Of a stretch of 43,746 bases of DNA, positions 16,626 to 31,403 are shown piece after piece. Within the stretch, counting starts at the first letter, position 1. Each line of letters starts with the position of its first letter. Position numbers and translations under genes: made by a program. The notes under the pieces were generated by a model. The model saw only the letters and a list, made by a program, of their open reading frames with translations, ran no database searches and was not told the DNA's origin. The stretch lies in IMG/VR virus record IMGVR_UViG_2636416110_000005; one strand, written 5' to 3'. Origin of the DNA: a virus. Its lineage: Duplodnaviria > Heunggongvirae > Uroviricota > Caudoviricetes.

Positions 16626-16656
16626 AAAACCCGCTGATGAGCGGGTTTTGTGCTTT
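16626..16656 (+). terminator. Rho-independent terminator (tR'-like) about 40-70 nt downstream of candidate late promoter
   Basis: ACCCGC-TGATGA-GCGGGT hairpin followed by TTTTGTGCTTT. Confidence 0.65.
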
Positions 16657-16941
16657 AAATGGGGCAATGGTAATGTTGAATCTCATCCCGGGACTCATGT
16701 CTGTTAACTTATTATTTAGCTGGTGACTTGGTTATTTGCCTGATGTTTAAAATGTTTTCTTCCAGTACAATGTCCCTAAACACAATGAGTCTGCTTATTA
16801 TATTATTAGCAGAGCTATTACGGCCAAAGTACAGCATAAGCTTTTAAAGCCAATCAACCAGTCATCAAGACAGACGGGGTTATTCATAAAAACTCTCCAT
16901 GTGTGATCCGATGGGGCCTGAAATTAAAGCTTTAATATAGC

Positions 16942-17154
16942 TCATGAAAGGTAAACATTGGCAGCTGAAGGGCCACGCAGACCATTTATCCGGCAAAATT
17001 CCACGCGTAATCCGGTGGTAATTTCTTCTGCATCGCGGAGATTGAGCGCTGAAACATGAAGCTGGACATCGATACGACCATCGGATGGGGTGATAAGACC
17101 CTTGCCGCTTTTGCCGTCAAAGGTTTTGACAATTCCTGTCATTTTACGGGACAA
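16942..17154 (-). CDS. cspF: cold-shock-family protein CspF
   Basis: 70-aa [73 protein letters not shown]. Confidence 0.88.
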
Positions 17155-17454
17155 AAAAATTCCTTAATACTGATAACTTGGCGCACTATACACACGTTCC
17201 TGAAGAAAGCTATAGTTTTTTGATGGGGTTGAAGATGGCTGGATGTCTAAAATAAACATTGCTTCATATGTTCAACTATGCGTTAATGATTGCGTCGGTT
17301 TGAAGAACAGACGATATACGAAGTAGTTTACTAAAGCAGTTCTCATTTCAGGTGTTATTCACTTATTCCTTCTTTGAGTCTCTCCAATTAAGTACGAAGT
17401 CGTTTCTGTTATGCAAACCATTTATGCCGAAAGGCTCAAGTTAAGGAATGTAGA

Positions 17455-17670
17455 ATGTCAAATAAAATGACTGGTTTAGTAAAATGGTTTAACGCTGATA
17501 AAGGTTTCGGCTTTATTTCTCCTGTTGATGGTAGTAAAGATGTGTTTGTGCATTTTTCTGCGATTCAGAATGATAATTATCGAACCTTATTTGAAGGTCA
17601 AAAGGTTACCTTCTCTATAGAGAGTGGTGCTAAAGGTCCTGCAGCAGCAAATGTCATCATTACTGATTAA
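17455..17670 (+). CDS. cspB: cold-shock protein CspB
   Basis: 71-aa [74 protein letters not shown]; divergent from cspF with about 300-nt spacer. Confidence 0.88.
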   Translation: MSNKMTGLVKWFNADKGFGFISPVDGSKDVFVHFSAIQNDNYRTLFEGQKVTFSIESGAKGPAAANVIITD

Positions 17671-17952
17671 AATTCATCGCTCGTCTGTATACGATAACGA
17701 AGAAGGCTGATGCCTGAGTAGAGATACGGACAGAGTAGTGAATATTGGATCTCTTTAATAAAAAGTAAGGAGGTCCAATACATGAAACAATGGCTAGCAT
17801 ATTTGGCAAAATCTTAATCAGGAAAAGTATGCTAACCATTGTGGTGAAGTGCAGGTTTGCTGCATGAATAGTTTTACAGCAGAAGCTAACTGCTGGCATG
17901 GCAAAACAAAGTGCGTAAGTGGATGACTCCCACAAAAAGCACCACAATCTCA

Positions 17953-17976
17953 AACCCGCTCAGGCGGGTTTTTTAT
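17953..17976 (+). terminator. Rho-independent terminator about 280 nt downstream of cspB
   Basis: ACCCGC-TCAG-GCGGGT hairpin followed by TTTTTTATT. Confidence 0.7.
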
Positions 17977-18033
17977 TATCTGCTTTAAATATATTATTAA
18001 AATATAAAAAATACTTGTTACTAATAAAATCAA

Positions 18034-18204
18034 TCAGGCTACAGCTTTAAGATTTGTCTGGAATACTTTGTTGCAATGAGGGCAGATCAAAAGGGCACCT
18101 TTTTGTACTCTTGAAAAACTGTGTTCTGACTCTTGGGTGCAGTTTGGGCAGGAACATTTAACGAGATAATTACGGCGTGATTTTGAGTTTTTACGTTCTG
18201 ACAT
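18034..18204 (-). CDS. small zinc-ribbon protein (56 aa)
   Basis: MSERKNSKSRRNYLVKCSCPNCTQESEHSFSRVQKGALLICPHCNKVFQTNLKAVA (two CxxC pairs); start ATG 18204 with AGGAAAAG RBS; internal start of ORF 18034..18255. Confidence 0.5.
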   Translation of the reverse strand: MSERKNSKSRRNYLVKCSCPNCTQESEHSFSRVQKGALLICPHCNKVFQTNLKAVA

Positions 18205-18423
18205 AGGCTTTTCCTGTATAAATGGCCGTATACAGTACACTAAATATGAAAACATTTCTCGTATTATTATTTTATATATGACTTTCTTTCAAAATAATTA
18301 CCCACATTTTTAATGTGTATGTTTTTTTAGCGCCGTTGAGAACAACGTGTGCTGTCAAAACTACCCCGTAGACTCCGATCTTTTCAAACATATTGCACCA
18401 TCCGTGTACATCGGGGTGAGGAT

Positions 18424-18639
18424 ATGAAATCAATGGATAAGTTAACAACAGGTGTTGCCTATGGCACATCGGCGGGTAATGCTGGTTTCTGGGCATTGCA
18501 GTTACTCGATAAAGTAACTCCGTCACAGTGGGCTGCAATCGGTGTGCTGGGTAGCCTGGTTTTTGGCCTGCTGACGTATCTGACAAATCTTTATTTCAAG
18601 ATTAAAGAAGACAGGCGTAAGGCTGCGAGAGGAGAGTAA
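18424..18639 (+). CDS. essQ: holin (class with dual-start MKSM motif)
   Basis: 71-aa product [71 protein letters not shown]; transmembrane segment; first gene of lysis cassette. Confidence 0.85.
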   Translation: MKSMDKLTTGVAYGTSAGNAGFWALQLLDKVTPSQWAAIGVLGSLVFGLLTYLTNLYFKIKEDRRKAARGE

Positions 18640-18643
18640 TCCA

Positions 18644-18951
18644 ATGACTCAAGACTATGAACTGGTTGTGAAAGGAGTCCGTAATTTTGAGAATAAAGTT
18701 ACGGTAACTGTAGCCTTACAGGACAAAGAACGCTTTGACGGTGAAATTTTTGACCTGGATGTCGCCATGGACCGTGTTGAAGGAGCTGCGCTGGAGTTTT
18801 ATGAGGCAGCAGCCAGAAGGAGCGTCCGGCAAGTCTTCCTGGAAGTAGCAGAAAAATTGTCAGAAAAAGTTGAGTCTTATCTGCAGCATCAGTACTCCTT
18901 TAAGATTGAAAATCCTGCCAATAAGCACGAGCGTCCTCATCATAAATATCT

Positions 18952-18955
<4 letters not shown>
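18644..18955 (+). CDS. ydfR: YdfR-like protein
   Basis: 103-aa ORF between holin and endolysin; matches remembered K-12 YdfR length and context. Confidence 0.75.
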
Positions 18956-19979
<1,024 letters not shown>

Positions 19980-20341
19980 GGTAATATTAAATCGGAACAT
20001 TTACATCGCGGAATGTAAAATTTAAATAAAAAGGACTCTTCCATGAGCCAAAATTCCTGAAATCTTAAGGGTAAGATAAAAGGTCTTAATCAGAATGACA
20101 CGTTTTATTAATAAATAAAGCTATTCTTTCATTGCTGTGTTTTTCTTTACAAAAGTAATCCTTGCTATGGGTGGTTAATCATGCGTTAATGGTGTTCTGG
20201 TTTGTTACAAATTTATCTGAAGCAGTCATTGTTATAATTTTATTATTTGTACCTCTTGAGATTTCCTTGTTGGTTTTTCTCTCTGATATTTTTTTTCGGA
20301 CCATTCTGCCCAAGGGCTAATTTCTTCAAAAGGTAATAATT

Positions 20342-20554
20342 ATGTCTAACAAAATGACTGGTTTAGTGAAATGGTTTAACCCTGAAAAAGGTTTTGGTTT
20401 CATCACGCCGAAAGATGGCAGCAAAGATGTGTTTGTCCATTTCTCAGCAATTCAGAGCAACGATTTCAAAACATTAACTGAGAATCAGGAAGTTGAATTT
20501 GGTATTGAGAACGGACCTAAAGGTCCTGCCGCTGTTCATGTAGTGGCGCTTTGA
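20342..20554 (+). CDS. cspI: cold-shock protein CspI
   Basis: 70-aa [73 protein letters not shown]. Confidence 0.88.
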   Translation: MSNKMTGLVKWFNPEKGFGFITPKDGSKDVFVHFSAIQSNDFKTLTENQEVEFGIENGPKGPAAVHVVAL

Positions 20555-20758
20555 GGTAGACAATATTACAAACCATATTCACTTTAGATGCCCGTGTTGT
20601 CATGGTTCCCAGTATAGAACATCATCTTTTGATGTTTCTGACATGAATCCTTTCGGGGCAAAATGTATCTTTTGTAAATCAATGATGATTACATTTGATA
20701 ATATTTCACAATACTTAAATGCCAGCCGTCTGTCGTTGGATTTAAAAAAGTGAAAATG

Positions 20759-20782
20759 AAGGCTCCTTCGGGAGCTTTTTTG
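20759..20782 (+). terminator. Rho-independent terminator
   Basis: AAGGCTCC-TTCG-GGAGCTTTTTT. Confidence 0.7.
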
Positions 20783-20825
20783 CTTGGTGTCTATTCGATG
20801 GATACTCACATACTACGGTAACATC

Positions 20826-21056
20826 ATGAAAAAAATCATAGTTTTTTTTAACTCTGAACCAGCAGTGGTAGTGCCAGCGATGACTGGAGTTAACACCATC
20901 ATGCGTGAATATCCAAATGGCGAAAAAACACACCTTACTGTAATGGCCGCAGGGTTTCCATCTCTGACCGGAGATCATAAAGTCATTTATGTAGCCGCGG
21001 ATCGACATGTTACTTCAGAAGAAATTCTGGAAGCAGCAATAAGGCTCTTGAGTTGA
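20826..21056 (+). CDS. hypothetical protein (76 aa)
   Basis: MKKIIVFFNSEPAVVVPAMTGVNTIMREYPNGEKTHLTVMAAGFPSLTGDHKVIYVAADRHVTSEEILEAAIRLLS; weak RBS; an 88-aa ORF overlaps on the opposite strand, so coding strand is uncertain. Confidence 0.35.
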   Translation: MKKIIVFFNSEPAVVVPAMTGVNTIMREYPNGEKTHLTVMAAGFPSLTGDHKVIYVAADRHVTSEEILEAAIRLLS

Positions 21057-21225
21057 TTTGATGCTATTGCATTGATAATTCAGGAAAATTCTCTTTGTCT
21101 GTTTGTGTAAAATTTAGACTATCGTATGTTGATTATTGCGATGTTTCATCTTATCTTTTACACGTTTGCACCATATAATCGACTTACTGTGTAACTGGAA
21201 AGTCATAACAGACTAAAAGAGGAAA

Positions 21226-21402
21226 TGATGAATATTGAAAACTTAAAAACAAAAGCAGAAGCAGATATTTCTGAATATATAACAAAAAAAATTATTGAAC
21301 TTAAGAAAAAGACCGGGAAAGAAGTTACCAGTATTCAGTTTACCGCACGGGAAAAAATGACGGGTCTTGAAAGCTATGATGTCAAGATTAATTTAATCTG
21401 AT
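21226..21402 (+). CDS. gnsB: Gns-family small protein (GnsB-like)
   Basis: 58-aa product MMNIENLKTKAEADISEYITKKIIELKKKTGKEVTSIQFTAREKMTGLESYDVKINLI read by hand; AGAGGAAATG RBS. Confidence 0.75.
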
Positions 21403-21552
21403 GTATTCAATAATAAAATTTATCCATAAACCTCGTTTTTACGGGGTTTTGTTATATTTGAATGGTTCCGAATATCTAAATCACAATTGTTGATGGTTTT
21501 TATTAAACCAATGCAGTCCGGCTCAGGAGTGAGAGAAGCCGGACGTTATGGT

Positions 21553-21963
21553 TTAGCGTGGTAAGATCTGTGTAGTTTTCTGGATGCTTTCAGTAAATAG
21601 TAATGAATTATCAAAGGTATAGTAATATCTTTTTTGTTCGTGGATATTTGTAACCCACCGAAAAACTCCTGCTTTAGCAAGGTTTCTTCTGTATTCCTGA
21701 AATGTGATCTCTCTGGATTTCAGCTTATTAGAGGTCGTTTCTATAAGATGCCTATCCTTTGAAAATTTGACAGACACAATGTTTTTTAGGCCCTTTAATA
21801 ACACTGTATTATCATTTTTTAATACAATATGAACATTCTCTGTGGCTAAATAGTAAATGTAATGTGAGACATTGTGACGTTTTAGCTCAGAATAAAACCA
21901 TTGATAGTTTAAATCGTTTCGAACTTTATCAAATATTTGTTTAAAAATGACTACCTGATCCAT
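21553..21963 (-). CDS. ydfO: YdfO-like protein
   Basis: ORF 21553..21978; 136-aa product from [24 protein letters not shown]...; size and context fit K-12 YdfO. Confidence 0.65.
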
Positions 21964-22020
21964 AGATAAACCTTCCATGTGATATGAGGGGGCGTAGTCT
22001 GCACGATTATCTAAATTGCT

Positions 22021-22254
22021 TCAATCTGGTCTGACCTGTTTTCTGAGCAATTCAGTAATGTCACTCTTTTCTTTGTTTGCTTCAGAAGAAACTCTTTTTT
22101 CTGAGCACAGTCTCCGGCGGCAGGCTTCAATGACCCAGGCTGAGAAATTCCCGGACCCTTTTTGCTCAAGAGCGATGTTAATTTGTTCAATCATTTGGTT
22201 AGGAAAGCGGATGTTGCGGGTTGTTGTTCTGCGGGTTCTGTTCTTCGTTGACAT
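22021..22254 (-). CDS. ynfO: YnfO-like small basic protein, possible ribbon-helix-helix fold
   Basis: 77-aa ORF MSTKNRTRRTTTRNIRFPNQMIEQINIALEQKGSGNFSAWVIEACRRRL... Confidence 0.65.
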   Translation of the reverse strand: MSTKNRTRRTTTRNIRFPNQMIEQINIALEQKGSGNFSAWVIEACRRRLCSEKRVSSEANKEKSDITELLRKQVRPD

Positions 22255-22453
22255 GAGGTTGCCCCGTATTCAGTGTCGCTGATTTGTATTGTCTGAAGTT
22301 GTTTTTACGTTAAGTTGATGCAGATCAATTAATACGATACCTGCGTCATAATTGATTATTTGACGTGGTTTGATGGCCTCCACGCACGTTGTGATATGTA
22401 GATGATAATCATTATCACTTTACGGGTCCTTTCCGGTGATCCGACAGGTTACG

Positions 22454-22465
22454 GGGCGGCGACCT
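22454..22465 (+). other. cos: cosN cohesive-end site (GGGCGGCGACCT), lambda-type
   Basis: 22390..22640 matches the remembered lambda right-end/left-end junction (…CCGACAGGTTACG|GGGCGGCGACCTCGCGGGTTTTCGCTATTTATGAAAATTTTCCGG…) almost base for base, including cosB up to the Nu1 start. Confidence 0.85.
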
Positions 22466-22642
22466 CGCGGGTTTTCGCTATTTATGAAAATTTTCCGGTT
22501 TAAGGCATTTCCGTTCTTCTTCGTCGTAACTTAATGTTTTTATTTAAAATACCCCCTGAAAAGAAAGGAAACGACAGGTGCTGAAAACGAGCTTTTGGGC
22601 CTCTGTCGTTTCCTTTCTCTGTTTTTGGCCGTGGAATGAACA

Positions 22643-23162
22643 ATGGAAGTCAACAAAAAGCAGCTGGCTGACATTTTCGGTGCGAGTATCCGTACCATTC
22701 AGAACTGGCAGGAACAGGGAATGCCCGTTCTGCGAGGCGGTGGCAAGGGTAATGAGGTGCTTTATGACTCTGCCGCCGTTATAAGATGGTATGCCGAAAG
22801 GGATGCTGAAATTGAGAACGAAAAGCTGCGCCGGGAAGTTGAAGAACTGCGGCAGGCCAGCGAGACAGATCTCCAGCCAGGGACTATTGAGTACGAACGC
22901 CATCGACTTACGCGTGCGCAGGCCGACGCACAGGAGCTGAAAAATGCCAGAGACTCCGCTGAAGTGGTGGAAACCGCATTCTGTACTTTCGTGCTGTCGC
23001 GGATCGCAGGTGAAATTGCCAGTATTCTCGACGGGATCCCCCTGTCGGTGCAGCGGCGTTTTCCGGAACTGGAAAACCGACATGTTGATTTCCTGAAACG
23101 GGATATCATCAAAGCCATGAACAAAGCAGCCGCGCTGGATGAACTGATACCGGGGTTGCTGA

Positions 23163-23188
<26 letters not shown>
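22643..23188 (+). CDS. nu1: terminase small subunit Nu1
   Basis: 181-aa ORF MEVNKKQLADIFGASIRTIQNWQEQGMPVLRGGGKGNEVLYDSAAV...; lambda Nu1 length and sequence. Confidence 0.95.
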
Positions 23189-26869
<3,681 letters not shown>

Positions 26870-26889
<20 letters not shown>

Positions 26890-28189
26890 TCTCCCGCATA
26901 TTGCCAGCATGGCCTTTAATGAGCCGCTGATGCTTGAACCCGCCTATGCGCGGGTTTTCTTTTGTGCGCTTGCAGGCCAGCTTGGGATCAGCCGCCTGAC
27001 GGATGCGGTGTCCGGTGACAGCCTGACTGCCGGAGAGGCACCCGCGACGCTGGCGTTATCCGGTGATGATGACGGACCACGACAGGCCCGCAGTTATCAG
27101 GTCATGAACGGCATCGCCGTGCTGCCGGTGTCCGGCACGCTGGTCAGCCGGACGCGGGCGCTGCAGCCGTATTCGGGAATGACCGGTTACAACGGCATTA
27201 TCGCCCGTCTGCAACAGGCTGCCAGGGACCCGATGGTGGACGGCATTCTGCTCGATATGGACACGCCCGGCGGAATGGTGGCAGGGGCATTTGACTGCGC
27301 TGACATCATCGCCCGTGTGCGTGACATAAAGCCGGTATGGGCTCTGGCCAATGACATGAACTGCAGTGCAGGGCAGTTGCTTGCCAGCGCCGCCTCCCGG
27401 CGTCTGGTCACGCAGACCGCCCGGACAGGCTCCATCGGCGTCATGATGGCTCACAGTAATTACGGTGCTGCGCTGGAGAAACAGGGCGTGGAAATCACGC
27501 TGATTTACAGCGGCAGCCATAAGGTGGATGGCAACCCCTACAGCCATCTTCCGGATGACGTCCGGGAGACACTGCAGTCCCGGATGGATGCAACCCGCCA
27601 GATGTTTGCGCAGAAGGTGTCGGCATATACCGGCCTGTCCGTGCAGGCTGTGCTGGATACCGAGGCTGCAGTGTACAGCGGTCAGGAGGCCATTGATGCC
27701 GGACTGGCTGATGAACTTGTCAACAGCACCGATGCGATCACCGTTATGCGTGATGCACTGGATGCACGTAAATCCCGTCTCTCAGGAGGGCGAATGACCA
27801 AAGAGACTCAATCAACAACTGTTTCAGCCACTGCTTCGCAGGCTGACGTTACTGACGTGGTGCCAGCGACGGAGGGCGAAAACGCCAGCGCGGCGCAGCC
27901 GGACGTGAACGCGCAGATCACCGCTGCGGTTGCGGCAGAAAACAGCCGCATTATGGGGATCCTCAACTGTGAGGAGGCTCACGGACGCGAAGAACAGGCC
28001 CGCGTGCTGGCAGAAACCCCCGGTATGACCGTGGAAACGGCCCGCCGCATTCTGGCAGCTGCACCACAGAGTGCACAGGCGCGCAGTGACACTGCGCTGG
28101 ATCGTCTGATGCAGGGGGCACCGGCACCGCTGGCTGCAGGTAACCCGGCATCTGATGCCGTTAACGATTTGCTGAACACACCAGTGTAA
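26870..28189 (+). CDS. C: prohead protease/scaffold C (GTG start)
   Basis: 439-aa product from GTG 26870 (VTAELRNLPHIASMAFNEPLM...) within ORF 26735..28189; lambda gpC length. Confidence 0.9.
27584..28189 (+). CDS. nu3: scaffold Nu3, nested in-frame in the 3' part of C
   Basis: Internal Met at C codon 239 (…LQSRMDATRQ…), same offset as lambda Nu3. Confidence 0.7.
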   Translation: MDATRQMFAQKVSAYTGLSVQAVLDTEAAVYSGQEAIDAGLADELVNSTDAITVMRDALDARKSRLSGGRMTKETQSTTVSATASQADVTDVVPATEGENASAAQPDVNAQITAAVAAENSRIMGILNCEEAHGREEQARVLAETPGMTVETARRILAAAPQSAQARSDTALDRLMQGAPAPLAAGNPASDAVNDLLNTPV

Positions 28190-28198
28190 GGGATGTTT

Positions 28199-28531
28199 AT
28201 GACGAGCAAAGAAACCTTTACCCATTACCAGCCGCTGGGCAACAGTGACCCGGCACATACGGCAACCGCGCCCGGCGGATTGAGTGCGAAAGCGCCTGCA
28301 ATGACCCCGCTGATGCTGGATACCTCCACCCGTAAGCTGGTTGCGTGGGATGGCACCACCGACGGTGCTGCCGTTGGCATTCTGGCGGTTGATGCTGACC
28401 AGACCAGCACCACGCTGACGTTCTACAAGTCCGGCACGTTCCGTTATGAGGATGTGCTCTGGCCGGAGGCTGCCAGCGACGAGACGAAAAAACGGACCGC
28501 GTTTGCCGGAACGGCAATCAGCATCGTTTAA
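28199..28531 (+). CDS. D: head decoration protein D
   Basis: 110-aa product [41 protein letters not shown]... Confidence 0.95.
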   Translation: MTSKETFTHYQPLGNSDPAHTATAPGGLSAKAPAMTPLMLDTSTRKLVAWDGTTDGAAVGILAVDADQTSTTLTFYKSGTFRYEDVLWPEAASDETKKRTAFAGTAISIV

Positions 28532-28586
28532 CTTTACCCTTCATCACTAAAGGCCGCCTGTGCGGCTTTTTTTACGGGATTTTTTT

Positions 28587-29612
28587 ATGTCGATGTACAC
28601 AACCGCCCAGCTGCTGGCGGCAAATGAGCAGAAATTTAAGTTTGATCCGCTGTTTCTGCGTCTCTTTTTCCGTGAGAGCTATCCCTTCACTACGGAGAAA
28701 GTCTATCTCTCACAAATTCCGGGACTGGTAAACATGGCGCTGTACGTTTCGCCGATTGTTTCCGGTGAGGTTATCCGTTCCCGTGGCGGCTCCACCTCTG
28801 AATTTACGCCGGGATATGTCAAACCCAAGCATGAAGTGAATCCGCAGATAACCCTGCGTCGCCTGCCGGATGAAGATCCGCAGAATCTGGCGGACCCGGC
28901 TTACCGCCGCCGTCGCATCATCCTGCAGAACATGCGTGACGAAGAGCTGGCCATTGCTCAGGTCGAAGAGATGCAGGCAGTTTCTGCCGTGCTCAAGGGC
29001 AAATACACCATGACCGGTGAAGCCTTCGATCCGGTTGAGGTGGATATGGGCCGCAGTGTGGCGAACAACATCACGCAGTCCGGCGGCACGGAGTGGAGCA
29101 AGCGTGACAAGTCCACGTATGACCCGACCGACGATATCGAAGCCTACGCGCTGAACGCCAGCGGCGTGGTGAATATCATCGTGTTTGATCCGAAAGGCTG
29201 GGCGCTGTTCCGTTCCTTCAAAGCCGTCAAGGAGAAGCTGGATACCCGTCGCGGCTCTCATTCCGAGCTGGAGACAGCGGTGAAAGACCTGGGTAAAGCG
29301 GTGTCCTATAAGGGGATGTATGGCGATGTGGCCATCGTCGTGTATTCCGGACAGTACGTGGAAAACGGCGTCAAAAAGAACTTCCTGCCGGACAACACGA
29401 TGGTGCTGGGTAACACTCATGCACGCGGTCTGCGCACCTATGGCTGTATTCAGGATGCGGATGCATTGAGTGAGGGTATTAATGCGTCTCCCCGTTATCC
29501 GAAAAACTGGAAGACATCCGGCGATCCGGCGCGAGAGTTCACCATGATTCAGTCAGCACCGCTGATGCTGCTGGCTGATCCTGATGAGTTCGTGTCCGTT
29601 CAACTGGCGTAA
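28587..29612 (+). CDS. E: major capsid protein E
   Basis: 341-aa product MSMYTTAQLLAANEQKFKFDPLFLRLFFRESYPF... Confidence 0.95.
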   Translation: MSMYTTAQLLAANEQKFKFDPLFLRLFFRESYPFTTEKVYLSQIPGLVNMALYVSPIVSGEVIRSRGGSTSEFTPGYVKPKHEVNPQITLRRLPDEDPQNLADPAYRRRRIILQNMRDEELAIAQVEEMQAVSAVLKGKYTMTGEAFDPVEVDMGRSVANNITQSGGTEWSKRDKSTYDPTDDIEAYALNASGVVNIIVFDPKGWALFRSFKAVKEKLDTRRGSHSELETAVKDLGKAVSYKGMYGDVAIVVYSGQYVENGVKKNFLPDNTMVLGNTHARGLRTYGCIQDADALSEGINASPRYPKNWKTSGDPAREFTMIQSAPLMLLADPDEFVSVQLA

Positions 29613-29653
29613 TCATGGCCCTTCGGGGCCATTTTCTCTCTGTGGAGGAGTCC

Positions 29654-30049
29654 ATGACGAAAGATGAACTGATTGCCCGTCTTCAGGTGCTGGGTGAGCA
29701 ACTGAACCGTGATGTCAGCCTGACGGGGACGAAAGAAGAACTGGCACTCCGTGTGGCAGAGCTGGAAGAGGAGCTTGATGACACGGATGACGCTGCCGGT
29801 CAGGACACATCTGTCAGCCCGGAAAATGCGCTGACCGGACATGAAAATGAGGTGGTATCAGCGCAGCCGGATACCGTGACTGATACGGCTGATCTGGTCA
29901 CGGTTGTGGCACTGGTGACGCTGCATACTGATGCACTTCACGCCACGCGGGATGAGGCTGTGGCATTTGTGCTGCCGGGAACGACGTTCCGTGTCTCTGC
30001 CGGTGTGGCAGCTGAAATGACAGAGCGCGGCCTGGCCAGAATGCAATAA
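29654..30049 (+). CDS. FI: DNA packaging/head assembly protein FI
   Basis: 131-aa product MTKDELIARLQVLGEQLNRDVSLTGTKEELALRVAELEEELDD... Confidence 0.9.
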   Translation: MTKDELIARLQVLGEQLNRDVSLTGTKEELALRVAELEEELDDTDDAAGQDTSVSPENALTGHENEVVSAQPDTVTDTADLVTVVALVTLHTDALHATRDEAVAFVLPGTTFRVSAGVAAEMTERGLARMQ

Positions 30050-30060
30050 CGGGAGGCGCT

Positions 30061-30414
30061 GTGGCTGATTTCGATAACCTGTTCGATGCTGCCATTGCCC
30101 GCGCCGATGAAACGATACGCGGGTACATGGGAACGTCAGCCACCATGACATCCGGTGAGCAGTCCGGCGCAGTAATACGTGGTGTTTTTGATGATCCTGA
30201 AAATATCAGCTATGCCGGACAGGGCGTACGCGTTGAAGGCTCCAGCCCGTCCCTGTTTGTCCGGACTGATGATGTGCGGCAGCTGCGGCGCGGCGACACG
30301 CTGACCATCGGTGAGGAAAACTTCTGGATAGACCGGATTTCGCCGGATGATGGCGGAAGCTGTCATCTCTGGCTTGGGCGGGGCGTACCGCCTGCCGTTA
30401 ACCGTCGCCGCTGA
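30061..30414 (+). CDS. FII: head-tail joining protein FII
   Basis: 117-aa ORF MADFDNLFDAAIARADETIRGYMGTSATMTSGEQSGAVIRGVF... Confidence 0.95.
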   Translation: MADFDNLFDAAIARADETIRGYMGTSATMTSGEQSGAVIRGVFDDPENISYAGQGVRVEGSSPSLFVRTDDVRQLRRGDTLTIGEENFWIDRISPDDGGSCHLWLGRGVPPAVNRRR

Positions 30415-30425
30415 AAGGGGGATGT

Positions 30426-31004
30426 ATGGCCATAAAAGGTCTTGAGCAGGCCGTTGAAAACCTCAGCCGTATCAGCAGAACGGCGGTGCCCGGTGCCGCC
30501 GCAATGGCCATTAACCGCGTTGCTTCATCCGCGATATCGCAGTCGGCGTCACAGGTTGCCCGTGAGACAAAGGTACGCCGGAAACTGGTAAAGGAAAGGG
30601 CCTGGCTGAAAAGGGCCACGGTCAAAAATCCGCAGGCCAGAATCAGGGTTAACCGGGGGGATTTGCCCGTAATAAAGCTGGGTAACGCGCGGATTGTCCT
30701 GTCCCGACGCAGGCGTCGTAAAAAGGGGCAGCGTTCAGCCCTGAAAGGTGGCGGCAGCGTGCTTGTGGTGGGAAACCGTCGTATTCCCGGCGCGTTTATT
30801 CAGCAACTGAAAAATGGCCGCTGGCATGTCATGCAGCGTGTGGCCGGGAAAAACCGTTACCCCATTGATGTGGTGAAAATCCCGATGGCGGTGCCGCTGA
30901 CCACGGCGTTTAAACAGAATATTGAGCGGATACGGCGTGAGCGTCTTCCGAAAGAGCTGGGCTATGCGCTGCAGCATCAACTGAGAATGGTAATAAAGCG
31001 ATGA
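30426..31004 (+). CDS. Z: tail completion protein Z
   Basis: 192-aa ORF, lambda gpZ length and position. Confidence 0.9.
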   Translation: MAIKGLEQAVENLSRISRTAVPGAAAMAINRVASSAISQSASQVARETKVRRKLVKERAWLKRATVKNPQARIRVNRGDLPVIKLGNARIVLSRRRRRKKGQRSALKGGGSVLVVGNRRIPGAFIQQLKNGRWHVMQRVAGKNRYPIDVVKIPMAVPLTTAFKQNIERIRRERLPKELGYALQHQLRMVIKR

Positions 31005-31396
31005 AACATACTGAACTCCGTGCAGCCGTACTGGATGCACTGGAGAAGCATGACACCGGGGCGACGCTTTTTGATGGTCGCCCCGCTGTTTTTGATGAGG
31101 CGGATTTTCCGGCAATTGCCGTTTATCTCACCGGCGCTGAATACACGGGCGAAGAGCTGGACAGTGATACCTGGCAGGCGGAGCTGCATATCGAAGTTTT
31201 CCTGCCTGCTCAGGTGCCGGATTCAGAGCTGGATTCGTGGATGGAGTCCCGGATTTATCCGGTGATGAGCGATATCCCGGCACTGTCAGATTTGATCACC
31301 AGTATGGTGGCCAGTGGCTATGACTACCGGCGCGACGATGATGCGGGCCTGTGGAGTTCTGCCGATCTGACGTATGTCATTACCTATGAAATGTGA
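31001..31396 (+). CDS. U: tail terminator protein U
   Basis: 131-aa ORF, lambda gpU length. Confidence 0.9.
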   Translation: MKHTELRAAVLDALEKHDTGATLFDGRPAVFDEADFPAIAVYLTGAEYTGEELDSDTWQAELHIEVFLPAQVPDSELDSWMESRIYPVMSDIPALSDLITSMVASGYDYRRDDDAGLWSSADLTYVITYEM

Positions 31397-31403
31397 GGAC
31401 GAT

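Noticed and set aside
17660-17953. 97-aa minus-strand ORF between cspB and the terminator
   Set aside because: Runs against the cspB transcript and ends at the cspB stop; hydrophobic low-complexity; no RBS.
20586-20620. Short ORF ATGCCCGTGTTGTCATGGTTCCCAGTATAG as the ynfN start
   Set aside because: Stops after 9 codons; the Cys-rich frame ending at 20753 is more protein-like.
20742-21008. 88-aa minus-strand ORF overlapping the 76-aa plus-strand ORF
   Set aside because: Would be transcribed into the upstream terminator; the plus-strand ORF fits local gene orientation better, though both are weak.
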